Below, piece after piece: positions 9,478-18,707 of a DNA stretch of 64,000 bases. The stretch's first letter is position 1. Every line of letters starts with the position of its first letter. Source of the DNA: an uncultured Bacteroidota bacterium (GTDB lineage Bacteria > Bacteroidota > Bacteroidia > Flavobacteriales > Flavobacteriaceae); the NCBI GenBank assembly GCA_902523635.1, contig CABZAE010000006.1, positions 5,623-69,622 of the forward strand, read 5' to 3'. The position numbers and the translations under genes were made by a program. The notes beneath the pieces are model-generated. The model made no database searches. It worked only from the letters and a program-made list of their open reading frames with translations, and was not told the origin of the DNA.

Positions 9478-10116
9478 TTAAGAATTAACCACTTCTTTAA
9501 ACAATGAGATGAATTCATTAATAATCATTGCTGTAGCTCCCCAAACAATTTTGTTTTGAATTTTAAAACATGGAACAATTTTTATTTGATCATTAGCTCT
9601 CACCTCTGCTTTTATAATTGGCATGACCATTAATTCCTCAATTGATATTTTATATATTTCTGCAACCTCCTTTAGAGAGGGTCTAAAATTTGGTAATTTA
9701 TTGTAATAACAAACAAATGGTTTCACCACAAAGTTACTCGGGGGTATATAAATGTCTGTTAACTCCTCAACCATAACAATGTGATCCTTAATCAAACCCA
9801 ACTCCTCTACAGTTTCTCTAATCGCAGTTTCTTTTAAATGAATATCTTGATTCTCAAATTTTCCGCCTGGCAACCCAATCTGATTCGAGTGAACACCCTT
9901 ATATTGTTTACGCAGTATCAAAACCATTCTTGCCTGATTGTCTATATCTTTATAAAACAACAAAGAAACTGCTGCTTTAAGTGGATTTGTTGGTATGTAA
10001 CCATCCAAAATCTGCTTTATCCTTTCGGGTGGTGCCATTTGTAAAAACGAATTGATCCCTGGCAGTTCATAGTGTTTGAATTTTGAAATTATTTTTTTGA
10101 ACTTTGAAAAATGCAT
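9478..10116 (-). CDS. NUDIX hydrolase, CoA-pyrophosphatase-like
   Basis: 212 aa. LILRKQYKGVHSNQIGLPGG resembles the CoA-pyrophosphatase signature preceding the Nudix box ..ETAIRETVEELGL. Confidence 0.8.
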   Translation of the reverse strand: MHFSKFKKIISKFKHYELPGINSFLQMAPPERIKQILDGYIPTNPLKAAVSLLFYKDIDNQARMVLILRKQYKGVHSNQIGLPGGKFENQDIHLKETAIRETVEELGLIKDHIVMVEELTDIYIPPSNFVVKPFVCYYNKLPNFRPSLKEVAEIYKISIEELMVMPIIKAEVRANDQIKIVPCFKIQNKIVWGATAMIINEFISLFKEVVNS

Positions 10117-10797
10117 TTAAATGGTTACTTAGTGATGTTTTTGCTAATAATATCCTTGGGCTGCAAAGATAAAAGTAAAAATTACGCTCCAAACAAAGTT
10201 AAATCAGTCAAAAAAACTGAAGTTGAAAAACCAAAAACTGAAAAAGAATTTATATTAAATAATAAAAATGCTATTCCTTTTTTTTATGAATTTGAAAAAA
10301 ATAATAAGGAAAACTTGGTTAGGATCATTACTGATTATGGTAATATTGACATTAGATTATTTGATAATACACCATACCATAGAGCCAACTTTATATATTT
10401 AACAAAGAAAAACTATTTTGAGGGTGAATATTTTCACAGAGTTGTTCAGGGATTTATTATACAAGGTGGCAATTCTGACAATATAAAAACATCACAAAAA
10501 AGAAGAAAAATAGGAAGATATCTTCTACCACCTGATACAAGAAAAGGTCATAGACACCATAGGGGGATTGTTTCAATGCCAAGTAGCGAAATTGAGAATC
10601 CCCACAAGCTAGCATCTCCCTATGAATTCTTTATTGTACAAAAAAAAGATGGTGCATATCATCTTGACGGAAATTATACTGCTTTTGGAAAGGTTGTAAA
10701 GGGAATGAATGTAGTCGATATAATTTCAAATCTAAAGACCGATAAAAGAGACTGGCCAATTGATAATGTTAGATTTAAAACGGTCATTCTAAATTAG
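10111..10797 (+). CDS. cyclophilin-type peptidyl-prolyl cis-trans isomerase, exported/lipoprotein
   Basis: 228 aa. Lipobox LIISLGC. Cyclophilin core YFHRVVQGFIIQGG and YTAFGKVVKGMNVVD. The true start may be Met9 (10135). Confidence 0.85.
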   Translation: MHLNGYLVMFLLIISLGCKDKSKNYAPNKVKSVKKTEVEKPKTEKEFILNNKNAIPFFYEFEKNNKENLVRIITDYGNIDIRLFDNTPYHRANFIYLTKKNYFEGEYFHRVVQGFIIQGGNSDNIKTSQKRRKIGRYLLPPDTRKGHRHHRGIVSMPSSEIENPHKLASPYEFFIVQKKDGAYHLDGNYTAFGKVVKGMNVVDIISNLKTDKRDWPIDNVRFKTVILN

Positions 10798-10848
10798 TAT
10801 TGATTATTCTTATTAATTTATTTAAATTTATAGTTATAATTTATTTTC

Positions 10849-11820
10849 ATGACAATTATACAACTCAAATATGCCATAGCTGTTTCAGAATATAAAAATT
10901 TCACCTTGGCAGCGGAAAAGTGTTTTGTTACTCAACCTACACTTAGTATGCAAATTCAAAAACTAGAAAGTGAACTGGATATTCAAATTTTTGATCGGAC
11001 CAAAAAACCAATTGAAATGACTGAAATCGGATCTAAAATTATAAGTCAATGTAAAAAAATTGTTAGTGAATCTGAAAAAATGCAAGACGTTGTTGATCAA
11101 GATCGGGGAATAATCGGTGGTGATTTTAGAATCGGAATTGTACCAACAGTAATGTCAACTTTACTTCCCATATTTTTAAATGAGTTGGTTAACAAATTTC
11201 CACTTCTAAGGGTTTCTTTTTTTGAACACCCCACAAAAGAATTAATTTCAAAACTAAAAAACAAACACCTTGATCTTATTATTGCTGCTACCCCACTTGA
11301 AGATGATGAACTAATAGAAAAACCGATTTATTATGAACCTTTCGTTGCTTATCTACCAACATCAAACCCCCACTTTGGAAAATCTGAAATCAGTCCATCT
11401 GATCTCTATTCAAATGACTTATTATTGCTAAAGGATGGAAATTGTTTTAGAAATAGCATTGAAAATTTATGTTTTGATTGCAATGAATATAAGGGCAGAT
11501 TTGATCTTAAAAGCGGAAATTTTGAGACACTAATAAACTTGGTTGACAAAGGTCTTGGAATGACTTTCTTACCCTACTTACATACTCTAAGATTAAATGA
11601 ATCACAGAAAAAAATGCTTCACGAATTTAAAAATCCAAAACCCTCCAGAGAAATAAGTGTAGTTTACCATAAAAATGAGGTTAAAATTCACATTATAAAT
11701 GAGATAAAAGATTTATTAAAAAACTTAACAAAAATTAAACTTCAATTTAATGATGTCAATATAATAAGTCCGATCAAAAACAGAGAGGCTGCTCGATTTT
11801 TAGAAAATCAATCCCTGTAG
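10849..11820 (+). CDS. oxyR: LysR-family redox regulator OxyR
   Basis: 323 aa. N-terminal LysR wHTH (FTLAAEKCFVTQPTLSMQIQKLE). Cys pair with OxyR C199/C208 spacing (GNCFRNSIENLC, C-x8-C). Lies near trxB. Confidence 0.8.
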   Translation: MTIIQLKYAIAVSEYKNFTLAAEKCFVTQPTLSMQIQKLESELDIQIFDRTKKPIEMTEIGSKIISQCKKIVSESEKMQDVVDQDRGIIGGDFRIGIVPTVMSTLLPIFLNELVNKFPLLRVSFFEHPTKELISKLKNKHLDLIIAATPLEDDELIEKPIYYEPFVAYLPTSNPHFGKSEISPSDLYSNDLLLLKDGNCFRNSIENLCFDCNEYKGRFDLKSGNFETLINLVDKGLGMTFLPYLHTLRLNESQKKMLHEFKNPKPSREISVVYHKNEVKIHIINEIKDLLKNLTKIKLQFNDVNIISPIKNREAARFLENQSL

Positions 11821-11985
11821 ATTTGGTTTGTTTTGAACATATAATTTAACCCAAATCATTAGTTCATTAAATTCATGTGGCAATAATTTCTTTGAAGCTT
11901 TTTCTACTTCCTTCTTAAATAAATCAGCATTAAAACTAACCTTTTTTAAGATTTTAATTGTGTAACCGTAGACATTTCTGGGCAT
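11800..11985 (-). CDS. small hypothetical protein (61 aa)
   Basis: ORF only. It fills the gap between oxyR and the DUF4442 gene and overlaps the oxyR 3' end by 21 nt. Confidence 0.25.
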   Translation of the reverse strand: MPRNVYGYTIKILKKVSFNADLFKKEVEKASKKLLPHEFNELMIWVKLYVQNKPNLQGLIF

Positions 11986-12041
11986 ATTTTAAAAATATAC
12001 AAATAATAAAAAAAATGGAAATTTAAAATGTTAAAAAAAAT

Positions 12042-12494
12042 TTAAACTTTAGGTTTTAACGTCCATTCAAATTTGAATGAAGAAACAATATGACCATTCG
12101 AGTTTTTACCAATAGAATTTAGCCAAAGAGTTTGTGGCTTATTTAAATGGATGGCCTTTTTAATTGAATCTCTAATTTCTAAACCTTGATTACATTCAAA
12201 AGTAATTATACCTGTAGCTTTTTTGGAAAAATTGGCGTAGTTGTTCAAAACTAACATTGAAAATTTTTTTTGACTCAATGAAATTTCATTCATGATAAGT
12301 ACACCAGTACACAATTCAGCTGCCATACCTTGTACAGCCCAAAACATTGAATTAAAAGGGTTTTGATTAATCCATTTATGTTTTACGTTAACTATACATT
12401 TTTTTTCATCTACTTTTTTTACCCTCACGCCACACCACCAAACTGAGGGCAAATAAAAGAAGTTGTGTAAATTGTATTTGAAAACACTTTTCAT
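12042..12494 (-). CDS. DUF4442 / hotdog-fold thioesterase-like protein
   Basis: 150 aa. Recognised by family-like pattern (NPFNSMFWAVQGMAAELCTG). Its start overlaps the trxB stop by 4 nt (translational coupling). Confidence 0.55.
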   Translation of the reverse strand: MKSVFKYNLHNFFYLPSVWWCGVRVKKVDEKKCIVNVKHKWINQNPFNSMFWAVQGMAAELCTGVLIMNEISLSQKKFSMLVLNNYANFSKKATGIITFECNQGLEIRDSIKKAIHLNKPQTLWLNSIGKNSNGHIVSSFKFEWTLKPKV

Positions 12495-13435
12495 GTTAAG
12501 CTTGCTAAATATCTTTCAGCATCTAAAGCTGCCATACAACCTGTGCCTGCAGCGGTAACTGCTTGCCTGTATTCTTTATCCTGAACATCACCTGATGCAA
12601 AGACACCAGGATAGTTCGTATGTGTTGTTTTGCCTTTAGTGATTATGTATCCAGCATCATCCATATCCAATTGGCCTTTGAAAATTTCTGTATTAGGTTT
12701 ATGTCCGATAGCAATGAACAATCCCGATACTTTAATTACTTCCTTTTCTAAAGTTTTATTATTTATTATTCTAACACCTTCAACAACGGTTTCTCCCAAA
12801 ACTTCTTCAATTTCAGAAAAATATTTTAACACAATATTATCTCTTGCATGGACACGATGTTGCATTGCTTTAGAAGCTCTCATCTCTCCCTTTCTAACAA
12901 TCATTGTAACTCTTGAACAAATATTTGATAGATATGTTGCCTCCTCAGCAGCAGTATCACCACCGCCTACAATGGCAACATCCTGTCCTTTGTAAAAAAA
13001 CCCATCACATACTGCACATGCTGACACACCTCCTCCTTTTAATCTTTCTTCTGAGGGTAAACCCAGGTACTTTGCGGATGCACCTGTTGAAATTATGATT
13101 GTCTCAGCCTCTATTGCTTTATCATTATCAATTTTAACAATATGCTTTCCTCCAATTTTATTATTTAGTTTTACTTCGGAAACCATTCCGATTCTAACAT
13201 CTGTTCCAAAACGCTCTGCTTGTTTTTGCAACTCGACCATCATGGTTGGTCCTTCAACCCCCTCAGGATATCCAGGAAAATTATCAACCTCTGTGGTTGT
13301 AGTGAGTTGGCCACCAGGCTCCATTCCTGTGTACAAAACTGGCTTTAAATCAGCCCTGGATGCATAAATAGCTGCAGTATAACCAGCAGGTCCTGAACCA
13401 ATAATTAGGGTTTTAATTTTTTCTATAGACATCAC
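12491..13435 (-). CDS. trxB: thioredoxin-disulfide reductase
   Basis: 314 aa. FAD motif GSGPAGYTAAIYA. Redox-active CAVCDG. NADPH motif VGGGDTAAEEA. Confidence 0.95.
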   Translation of the reverse strand: MMSIEKIKTLIIGSGPAGYTAAIYASRADLKPVLYTGMEPGGQLTTTTEVDNFPGYPEGVEGPTMMVELQKQAERFGTDVRIGMVSEVKLNNKIGGKHIVKIDNDKAIEAETIIISTGASAKYLGLPSEERLKGGGVSACAVCDGFFYKGQDVAIVGGGDTAAEEATYLSNICSRVTMIVRKGEMRASKAMQHRVHARDNIVLKYFSEIEEVLGETVVEGVRIINNKTLEKEVIKVSGLFIAIGHKPNTEIFKGQLDMDDAGYIITKGKTTHTNYPGVFASGDVQDKEYRQAVTAAGTGCMAALDAERYLASLT

Positions 13436-13519
13436 AAATTTTATATATAAAATTAAAATATTTGATCATTTCGAATAAAAAAAAATCAAAAAGTTATAAA
13501 CTTATATTCCTCATAAAAT

Positions 13520-13549
13520 TTGATGGTTTTTTAAATAATCCTATATTTA
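13520..13549 (+). promoter_or_regulatory. candidate Bacteroidota sigma-A promoter for tRNA-Pro(TGG)
   Basis: TTG (13520-13522), 19-nt spacer, then TATATTTA (13542-13549; 7 of 8 to TAnnTTTG). It ends 11 nt before the tRNA 5' end. Confidence 0.35.
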
Positions 13550-13560
13550 CTCGCTGTTTT

Positions 13561-13635
13561 CGGGGTGTAGCGTAGCCCGGTTATCGCGCCGCGTTTGGGA
13601 CGCGGAGGTCGCAGGTTCGAATCCTGCCACCCCGA
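13561..13635 (+). tRNA. tRNA-Pro: tRNA-Pro (anticodon TGG)
   Basis: GC-rich island. Acceptor stem CGGGGTG/CACCCCG. Anticodon stem CCGCG/CGCGG with loop TTTGGGA. T-arm GCAGG-TTCGAAT-CCTGC. No encoded CCA. Confidence 0.9.
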
Positions 13636-13644
13636 CTTAAAGTT

Positions 13645-13682
13645 AAAACCAATTGAATCTTTTATGTTTAATTGGTTTTTTT
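13645..13682 (+). terminator. candidate intrinsic terminator after tRNA-Pro
   Basis: Perfect 10-bp stem AAAACCAATT (13645-13654) / AATTGGTTTT (13670-13679), 15-nt loop, T-run through 13682. Confidence 0.4.
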
Positions 13683-13715
13683 AAAGTTTGTAAGCAAATA
13701 TTTAAAACTTAAATA

Positions 13716-15002
13716 ATGAAACTCTTGATAAAAATCTTAATACTTCTTCCATTTTTCAACTTTTCACAACTAAACTTTGTTGATCCAGAATCTCAAGGAA
13801 TGTCAAAAGATCGTGTTCAAATGATTTCTGATTTATCTAAAAGGTATGTTGATGATGGCATGGTGGCTAACATTACCACAATGGTTAATAGGAATGGAAA
13901 AATAGTGTACTTTGAATCTTTTGGAAAAAGAGGATTTGACGATAATAAAGAAATAAAAAAAGATGATTTGTATAGGATATATTCCATGACAAAACCGATT
14001 GTTTCTGTGGCTATCATGCAGCTTTACGAAAAAGGTAAATTTCACTTGAATAACCCAGTTGAAAAATTCATTCCTGAATTAAAAAACTTGAAAATAGCGA
14101 TAACAAAAGACTCATTGATTGATGCTAAAAATAAAATTACTATAAAACATCTTTTAACACATACATCTGGTCTTTCTTATGGGTGGTCTAGACATCCAGC
14201 TGATTCTTATTACAGAAAAGCAGGTCTATTTAACTCAAAAAGCAGTGATGATTTTATCGACCGAGTATCCAAATTACCTTTGAGATTCGAGCCTGGTACA
14301 AAATATAATTATTCCATCTCTACTGATATTTTAGGTATTTTGGTTGAAAGAATTTCTGGTTTGAGTTTAAGTGATTATTTAAATAAAAATATTTTTGATC
14401 CACTTGGGATGGTAGATACTTTTTTTGAAGTGCCTAGAAATAAAGCTAAAAGGTTTCTTCCCAACCATACTTATAATCGTTCAACCAACCAAATAAATAC
14501 AATTGATTCAGGAAAATATGAAGATTCAGAAAAAATAGAGGGCTCAACCATGAGAAATTATTATGACGTCAATATGTATTCAGGTGGTGGAGGTCTTGTA
14601 TCTACTGCTTATGATTACATGATTTTTGCCGAATGTCTGCGAAACGGAGGAGAGTTTAATGGAAAAAGAATTATTGGATCTAAAACCATAAAATACATGA
14701 CCAAAGGGCACTTGCCTTCTACAATTCAAGGAATTGGTAGAGGTGAATCTCCTAATGATCCTTCGATTGCTGCCAGAACTTTCGGTTTAGGTTTTGGAAT
14801 AATAAACTCACCTGAAACTTTAGGTGTTATTGGAAGCAAAGGTATATATAGTTGGGGTGGTGCAGCAGGAACAATTTTTTGGATTGACCCCGAAGAAGAA
14901 ATTGTTGTTGTATCCATGATACAACTAATGCAATCACCCTGGAACTTGAGAAATGATTTGAAAGTAGCTACTTACCAGGCAATTGTTGATACATATGAGT
15001 AG
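13716..15002 (+). CDS. beta-lactamase-fold serine hydrolase (class C / DD-peptidase family), exported
   Basis: 428 aa. Signal peptide. S-x-x-K nucleophile motif in YRIYSMTKPIV. Confidence 0.85.
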   Translation: MKLLIKILILLPFFNFSQLNFVDPESQGMSKDRVQMISDLSKRYVDDGMVANITTMVNRNGKIVYFESFGKRGFDDNKEIKKDDLYRIYSMTKPIVSVAIMQLYEKGKFHLNNPVEKFIPELKNLKIAITKDSLIDAKNKITIKHLLTHTSGLSYGWSRHPADSYYRKAGLFNSKSSDDFIDRVSKLPLRFEPGTKYNYSISTDILGILVERISGLSLSDYLNKNIFDPLGMVDTFFEVPRNKAKRFLPNHTYNRSTNQINTIDSGKYEDSEKIEGSTMRNYYDVNMYSGGGGLVSTAYDYMIFAECLRNGGEFNGKRIIGSKTIKYMTKGHLPSTIQGIGRGESPNDPSIAARTFGLGFGIINSPETLGVIGSKGIYSWGGAAGTIFWIDPEEEIVVVSMIQLMQSPWNLRNDLKVATYQAIVDTYE

Positions 15003-15012
15003 TTCATAATTG

Positions 15013-15783
15013 TCACTTATTAGCTTTTGAATTAACTCTTTCTGGATAGTCAGTAATGATTCCGTCAACTTGCAATTTTTTCATTTTTTCAATTAAAGAT
15101 TGATTATTGACGGTGTATGGAAATACTTTAAAACCCTCAGATTTAATTTGTTGAATTTTTTTTTTATTTAATAATTTATAATTGGGATTAATTGAAGTTG
15201 CATTTATTTTTTTTCCCTCAATAATGGCTTTATCAATATTATTGCTTGTCAAAATTGCTATTGGAATATTTTTATTTATTGATCTTAAAATATTTAATTC
15301 ATCCCAATCAAAACTCGAGATTATATAATTTTTCATTTTTGAAGAATTATTACTGATTTTTTTCAATAAAATTTCGTTTACTTTTTTAGCAGTTTCCTTG
15401 CCCTTGAGTTCAATATTTAAAAATATATTTTCAGGAACAATTTCTAGTACTTCCTCCAAAAGTGGTATTTTGTATTGATCATTAATTTTTATTTTATTGA
15501 TGGAATCAATGTCTATATTTTCAATAAATCCCTTTACGCTAGTTAATCTATCAAGTTTTTTATCATGAAATAGAACTATTTCGCCTGACTTACATTTAAA
15601 AACATCAATTTCAATTCCATCAACTCCTAGTTCAATTGCTTTTTGAATTGATGGGATAGTGTTTTCTGTAACATGACCCATAGCTCCTCTATGACCAATT
15701 GTTACAACATTTTTTTCTTCATTAGAACAAGCAAAAAGAAAAAAAATAAAAAATATTCTTAAATAATAATTTATGCTTTTCAA
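15013..15783 (-). CDS. glycerophosphodiester phosphodiesterase (GDPD), lipoprotein
   Basis: 256 aa. TTG start overlapping the upstream stop (TTGA). Lipobox FLFACS. GDPD motif IGHRGAMGHVTENT and E-x-D (GIEIDV). Confidence 0.85.
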   Translation of the reverse strand: MKSINYYLRIFFIFFLFACSNEEKNVVTIGHRGAMGHVTENTIPSIQKAIELGVDGIEIDVFKCKSGEIVLFHDKKLDRLTSVKGFIENIDIDSINKIKINDQYKIPLLEEVLEIVPENIFLNIELKGKETAKKVNEILLKKISNNSSKMKNYIISSFDWDELNILRSINKNIPIAILTSNNIDKAIIEGKKINATSINPNYKLLNKKKIQQIKSEGFKVFPYTVNNQSLIEKMKKLQVDGIITDYPERVNSKANK

Positions 15784-16919
15784 AACGAATCAAGATTATC
15801 CAAATTTCTAATTTTTAATCCAAGGCCAATTAAATTTTTAACATCCTCCTCATGTATTGAACCATCAGCTAATGGTCCAACATTCAAAAGTAAATTGTAA
15901 TTATTTTGGATTGCATTTTTATACATTTGGAAAAGTTCAATACTATTTCTATGTTTTGAGTTTTTATTGTATCCCCAATGTTTAGGCTCGTATTGAGTTG
16001 TTGTACAAATTTCTTTAGGTTTTTTGGCATTTAAAGAATATACTTTTTTTGCTATTTCAAAATTACTACCAACTTTAGCATTTAAGTTGTGCTCTGGCGC
16101 AGAATAATCTTCATCTCCATTAGCACCTTGTTTAAATGAAATTAAGGCATGACTGCTCAAGGATCTTATAAGTTTGTATGTTTCATCGATCGGAAAGATT
16201 TCGCTATTTGAGTAAAAACCCATTATTGGATCCAACCAAATCCCTGCAATATTTGGATATTGTACTAATAACTCGGTTATTTGATTGTGAGTGAAATTTA
16301 TATATTTTTTAAAATCGTCTTTTGTCTCATATAAATATTCGGGTTGTTTTTCTTTATAGTCAGGTCTGGCTGCCCCCCAACCCTCAGATCTTGGATAAAA
16401 AAATGGATGTTTCCAATCTGCAGCATATGAGTAATACAAAAATAGACCCAAGCCCTTTCTTTCACATGATTCGTACAATTCTTTAATTAAATCCCTCGCA
16501 GCCGGTGAATTGTATGAGTTAAAATTATTTTCATTGGTTTTAAACAAAGAAAATCCATCATGATGTTTAGCAGTAATTGTAATGTAATTCATTCCTGAGG
16601 AAATAGCTAGGTCAGTAATTTTTTCAGAATCAAAATTTTTTGGATCAAAACTCTCTTTAAGTTTAGCATATTCTTTTACGGGAATTTTCTCCCAAAGCTG
16701 TACCCATTCACCTCTCTCTAGTTGTGAGTATAAACCATAATGGATAAACAATCCGAATTTTGCATCCTTAAACCACTTCAAATTTGCTTCCCTAGGGTTT
16801 TTATTATACAAAACCTCATAACCGGTAAGATAATTGGGTATTTTCTTTTTATTGCAGCTACCAATGAGGGAAATTAAAGCCAGAGTAAGTATTGAAAAAA
16901 AAATTCTCTTTTGAATCAT
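15780..16919 (-). CDS. alpha-L-fucosidase (GH29-like), lipoprotein
   Basis: 379 aa. Lipobox LIGSC. GH29-type FGLFIHYGLYS and TAKHHDGFSLF blocks. ATGA overlap with the sulfatase gene. Confidence 0.8.
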   Translation of the reverse strand: MIQKRIFFSILTLALISLIGSCNKKKIPNYLTGYEVLYNKNPREANLKWFKDAKFGLFIHYGLYSQLERGEWVQLWEKIPVKEYAKLKESFDPKNFDSEKITDLAISSGMNYITITAKHHDGFSLFKTNENNFNSYNSPAARDLIKELYESCERKGLGLFLYYSYAADWKHPFFYPRSEGWGAARPDYKEKQPEYLYETKDDFKKYINFTHNQITELLVQYPNIAGIWLDPIMGFYSNSEIFPIDETYKLIRSLSSHALISFKQGANGDEDYSAPEHNLNAKVGSNFEIAKKVYSLNAKKPKEICTTTQYEPKHWGYNKNSKHRNSIELFQMYKNAIQNNYNLLLNVGPLADGSIHEEDVKNLIGLGLKIRNLDNLDSF

Positions 16920-18664
16920 GATGTTTTTTTAATGATTAGTCCCCTGAAATCAATCGATTTCTTTCCTACTTTATCTAGGGTTTTTAACTTTAACATTGAT
17001 TTACCTTTATCGAAATTAATTTTACCCATATTAATTTTTTTAAACTCTTTGTTGTAAGATTCACTTCTCACAATAATGTCATAATCTTGTCCAAATAGTT
17101 CTGAATCGTAAGGCTCATTTAGGACTTTTTCAAAAAATTCATTTTGATATTCAATAGCGATTTTTGTCCCTTTACTTTCTTCAGGCAATGTATAATACAA
17201 TTCAACTTCAGCAGAACTTTTCTCCATTACATCAATCTCCCAGAAAATAAAATCATCCATATCTATCCAATTCTCAATAAAAGAATCGTTGGGATGAATT
17301 GAAGATCTTTTTAATTTTCCATTTATTTTAGCATCTCTGGCAGGTAAATGTGTGTCAATTTGTTCAGAATAATTAACCGTAAAAGCTCTTTTATTTTTTT
17401 TCTTTTGGTAATTTATAACAAATGAATCTTCCCATTTTTTTTTGGCACTTTTTAGTTCTGTGTAAATGCTGGAAAAACTATCTAAAGGATTTAATTGTTC
17501 TAAATCAGAATTTAAATTGTATAAATTATCATCGGAATCTAAAATAAAGTCATTATTTCTAACACTGATTTTATTTCCCCAATATGAAAAAATTTTTCTA
17601 TTATCATCAAGAATTTTTGGATTATTGATGTTTTTAACAAAACTTTCACCATCAAATTTTATTTCTGATTTTAAGTTAGTTAGCTCTATTAAAGATGGAA
17701 AAACATCCATTACACTGGTGATTTGATTAACTTTTGTTGCTTTTTTGATACCTTTTGGCCATTGAATTAGAAATGGTACTCGAACACCTCCTTCATCAGT
17801 ACTACCTTTTCTGCCTTTAAGGTCATTATTCCATCGATAGCCATTAGGTCCATTGTCACTAAAAAAAATGACAATTGTATTTTCATATTTTTTATACTTT
17901 TTCAATGAATCTAAAACCCTTCCAACATTATAATCTATATTTTCAACCATCGACAAAGCAGCTTTTGTTTTTAAAACATTCTCTTTGTTCTTATACCTAC
18001 CCTGTTTTATCACTTTTTTATTTTCTAAATATGAACTTGGAACTTGCATAGGAGAATGCGGTGTATTAAATGAAATGAAGGTGAAAAAAGAATCTTTTGA
18101 ATTTTTCATAAATGTTATGGCTTGATTTGTGATATCGTCACTTATATAACCTTTTCCCCTAACAATTTTGCTATTTCTTTCAAGAATGGGAGAAAAATAA
18201 TTACCCCAATGTCCAGACGTAAATCCATAGAACTCATCAAATCCTCTTGTGTTAGGATGATAAGGCGGTTGAGAACCATTGTGCCACTTTCCAAATAAAC
18301 CTGTTTTATACTTATTGTCTTTGAAAAAATCTGACATTAAAGTATGACCTAGATCAATGCGTTCGTAACCTTGTGTAACACCACGTACACCTGAACGAAC
18401 AAAATATTTTCCTGTAAGTAATTCAGCTCTTGTGGGAGAACAAACTGGACTAACATAAAACTTTTCAAAAATGGCTCCATTGACACCTATTCCATCAATA
18501 TTGGGTGTATTCAAATTAGGATTACCATTTAAATTTAGATCACCCCATCCCTGATCATCGGAAAGAAAAATGACAATATTAGGTTTTTCGGCATAATCGT
18601 TTTTGCAGTTTGTAATTAGAAAAAGTAGTAAAAAAATTTTAACAAGTTTAATTTTCATTTTCAT
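16916..18664 (-). CDS. arylsulfatase (formylglycine-dependent sulfatase family) with ~150-aa C-terminal extra domain
   Basis: 582 aa. Signal peptide. DDQGWGD metal site. CxPxR motif (SPVCSPTRAELLTGK). C-terminal region beyond about aa 430 has no motif I recognise. Confidence 0.9.
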   Translation of the reverse strand: MKMKIKLVKIFLLLFLITNCKNDYAEKPNIVIFLSDDQGWGDLNLNGNPNLNTPNIDGIGVNGAIFEKFYVSPVCSPTRAELLTGKYFVRSGVRGVTQGYERIDLGHTLMSDFFKDNKYKTGLFGKWHNGSQPPYHPNTRGFDEFYGFTSGHWGNYFSPILERNSKIVRGKGYISDDITNQAITFMKNSKDSFFTFISFNTPHSPMQVPSSYLENKKVIKQGRYKNKENVLKTKAALSMVENIDYNVGRVLDSLKKYKKYENTIVIFFSDNGPNGYRWNNDLKGRKGSTDEGGVRVPFLIQWPKGIKKATKVNQITSVMDVFPSLIELTNLKSEIKFDGESFVKNINNPKILDDNRKIFSYWGNKISVRNNDFILDSDDNLYNLNSDLEQLNPLDSFSSIYTELKSAKKKWEDSFVINYQKKKNKRAFTVNYSEQIDTHLPARDAKINGKLKRSSIHPNDSFIENWIDMDDFIFWEIDVMEKSSAEVELYYTLPEESKGTKIAIEYQNEFFEKVLNEPYDSELFGQDYDIIVRSESYNKEFKKINMGKINFDKGKSMLKLKTLDKVGKKSIDFRGLIIKKTS

Positions 18665-18707
18665 GATAAATTTGAACTTTAAAATATTTATAAATTAAAA
18701 CAAATTT

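Noticed and set aside
12630-13367. Plus-strand ORFs 12630..12995, 12913..13098 and 13095..13367.
   Set aside because: They are antisense to trxB, whose FAD, NADPH and CAVC motifs are unambiguous. These are typical antisense shadow ORFs.
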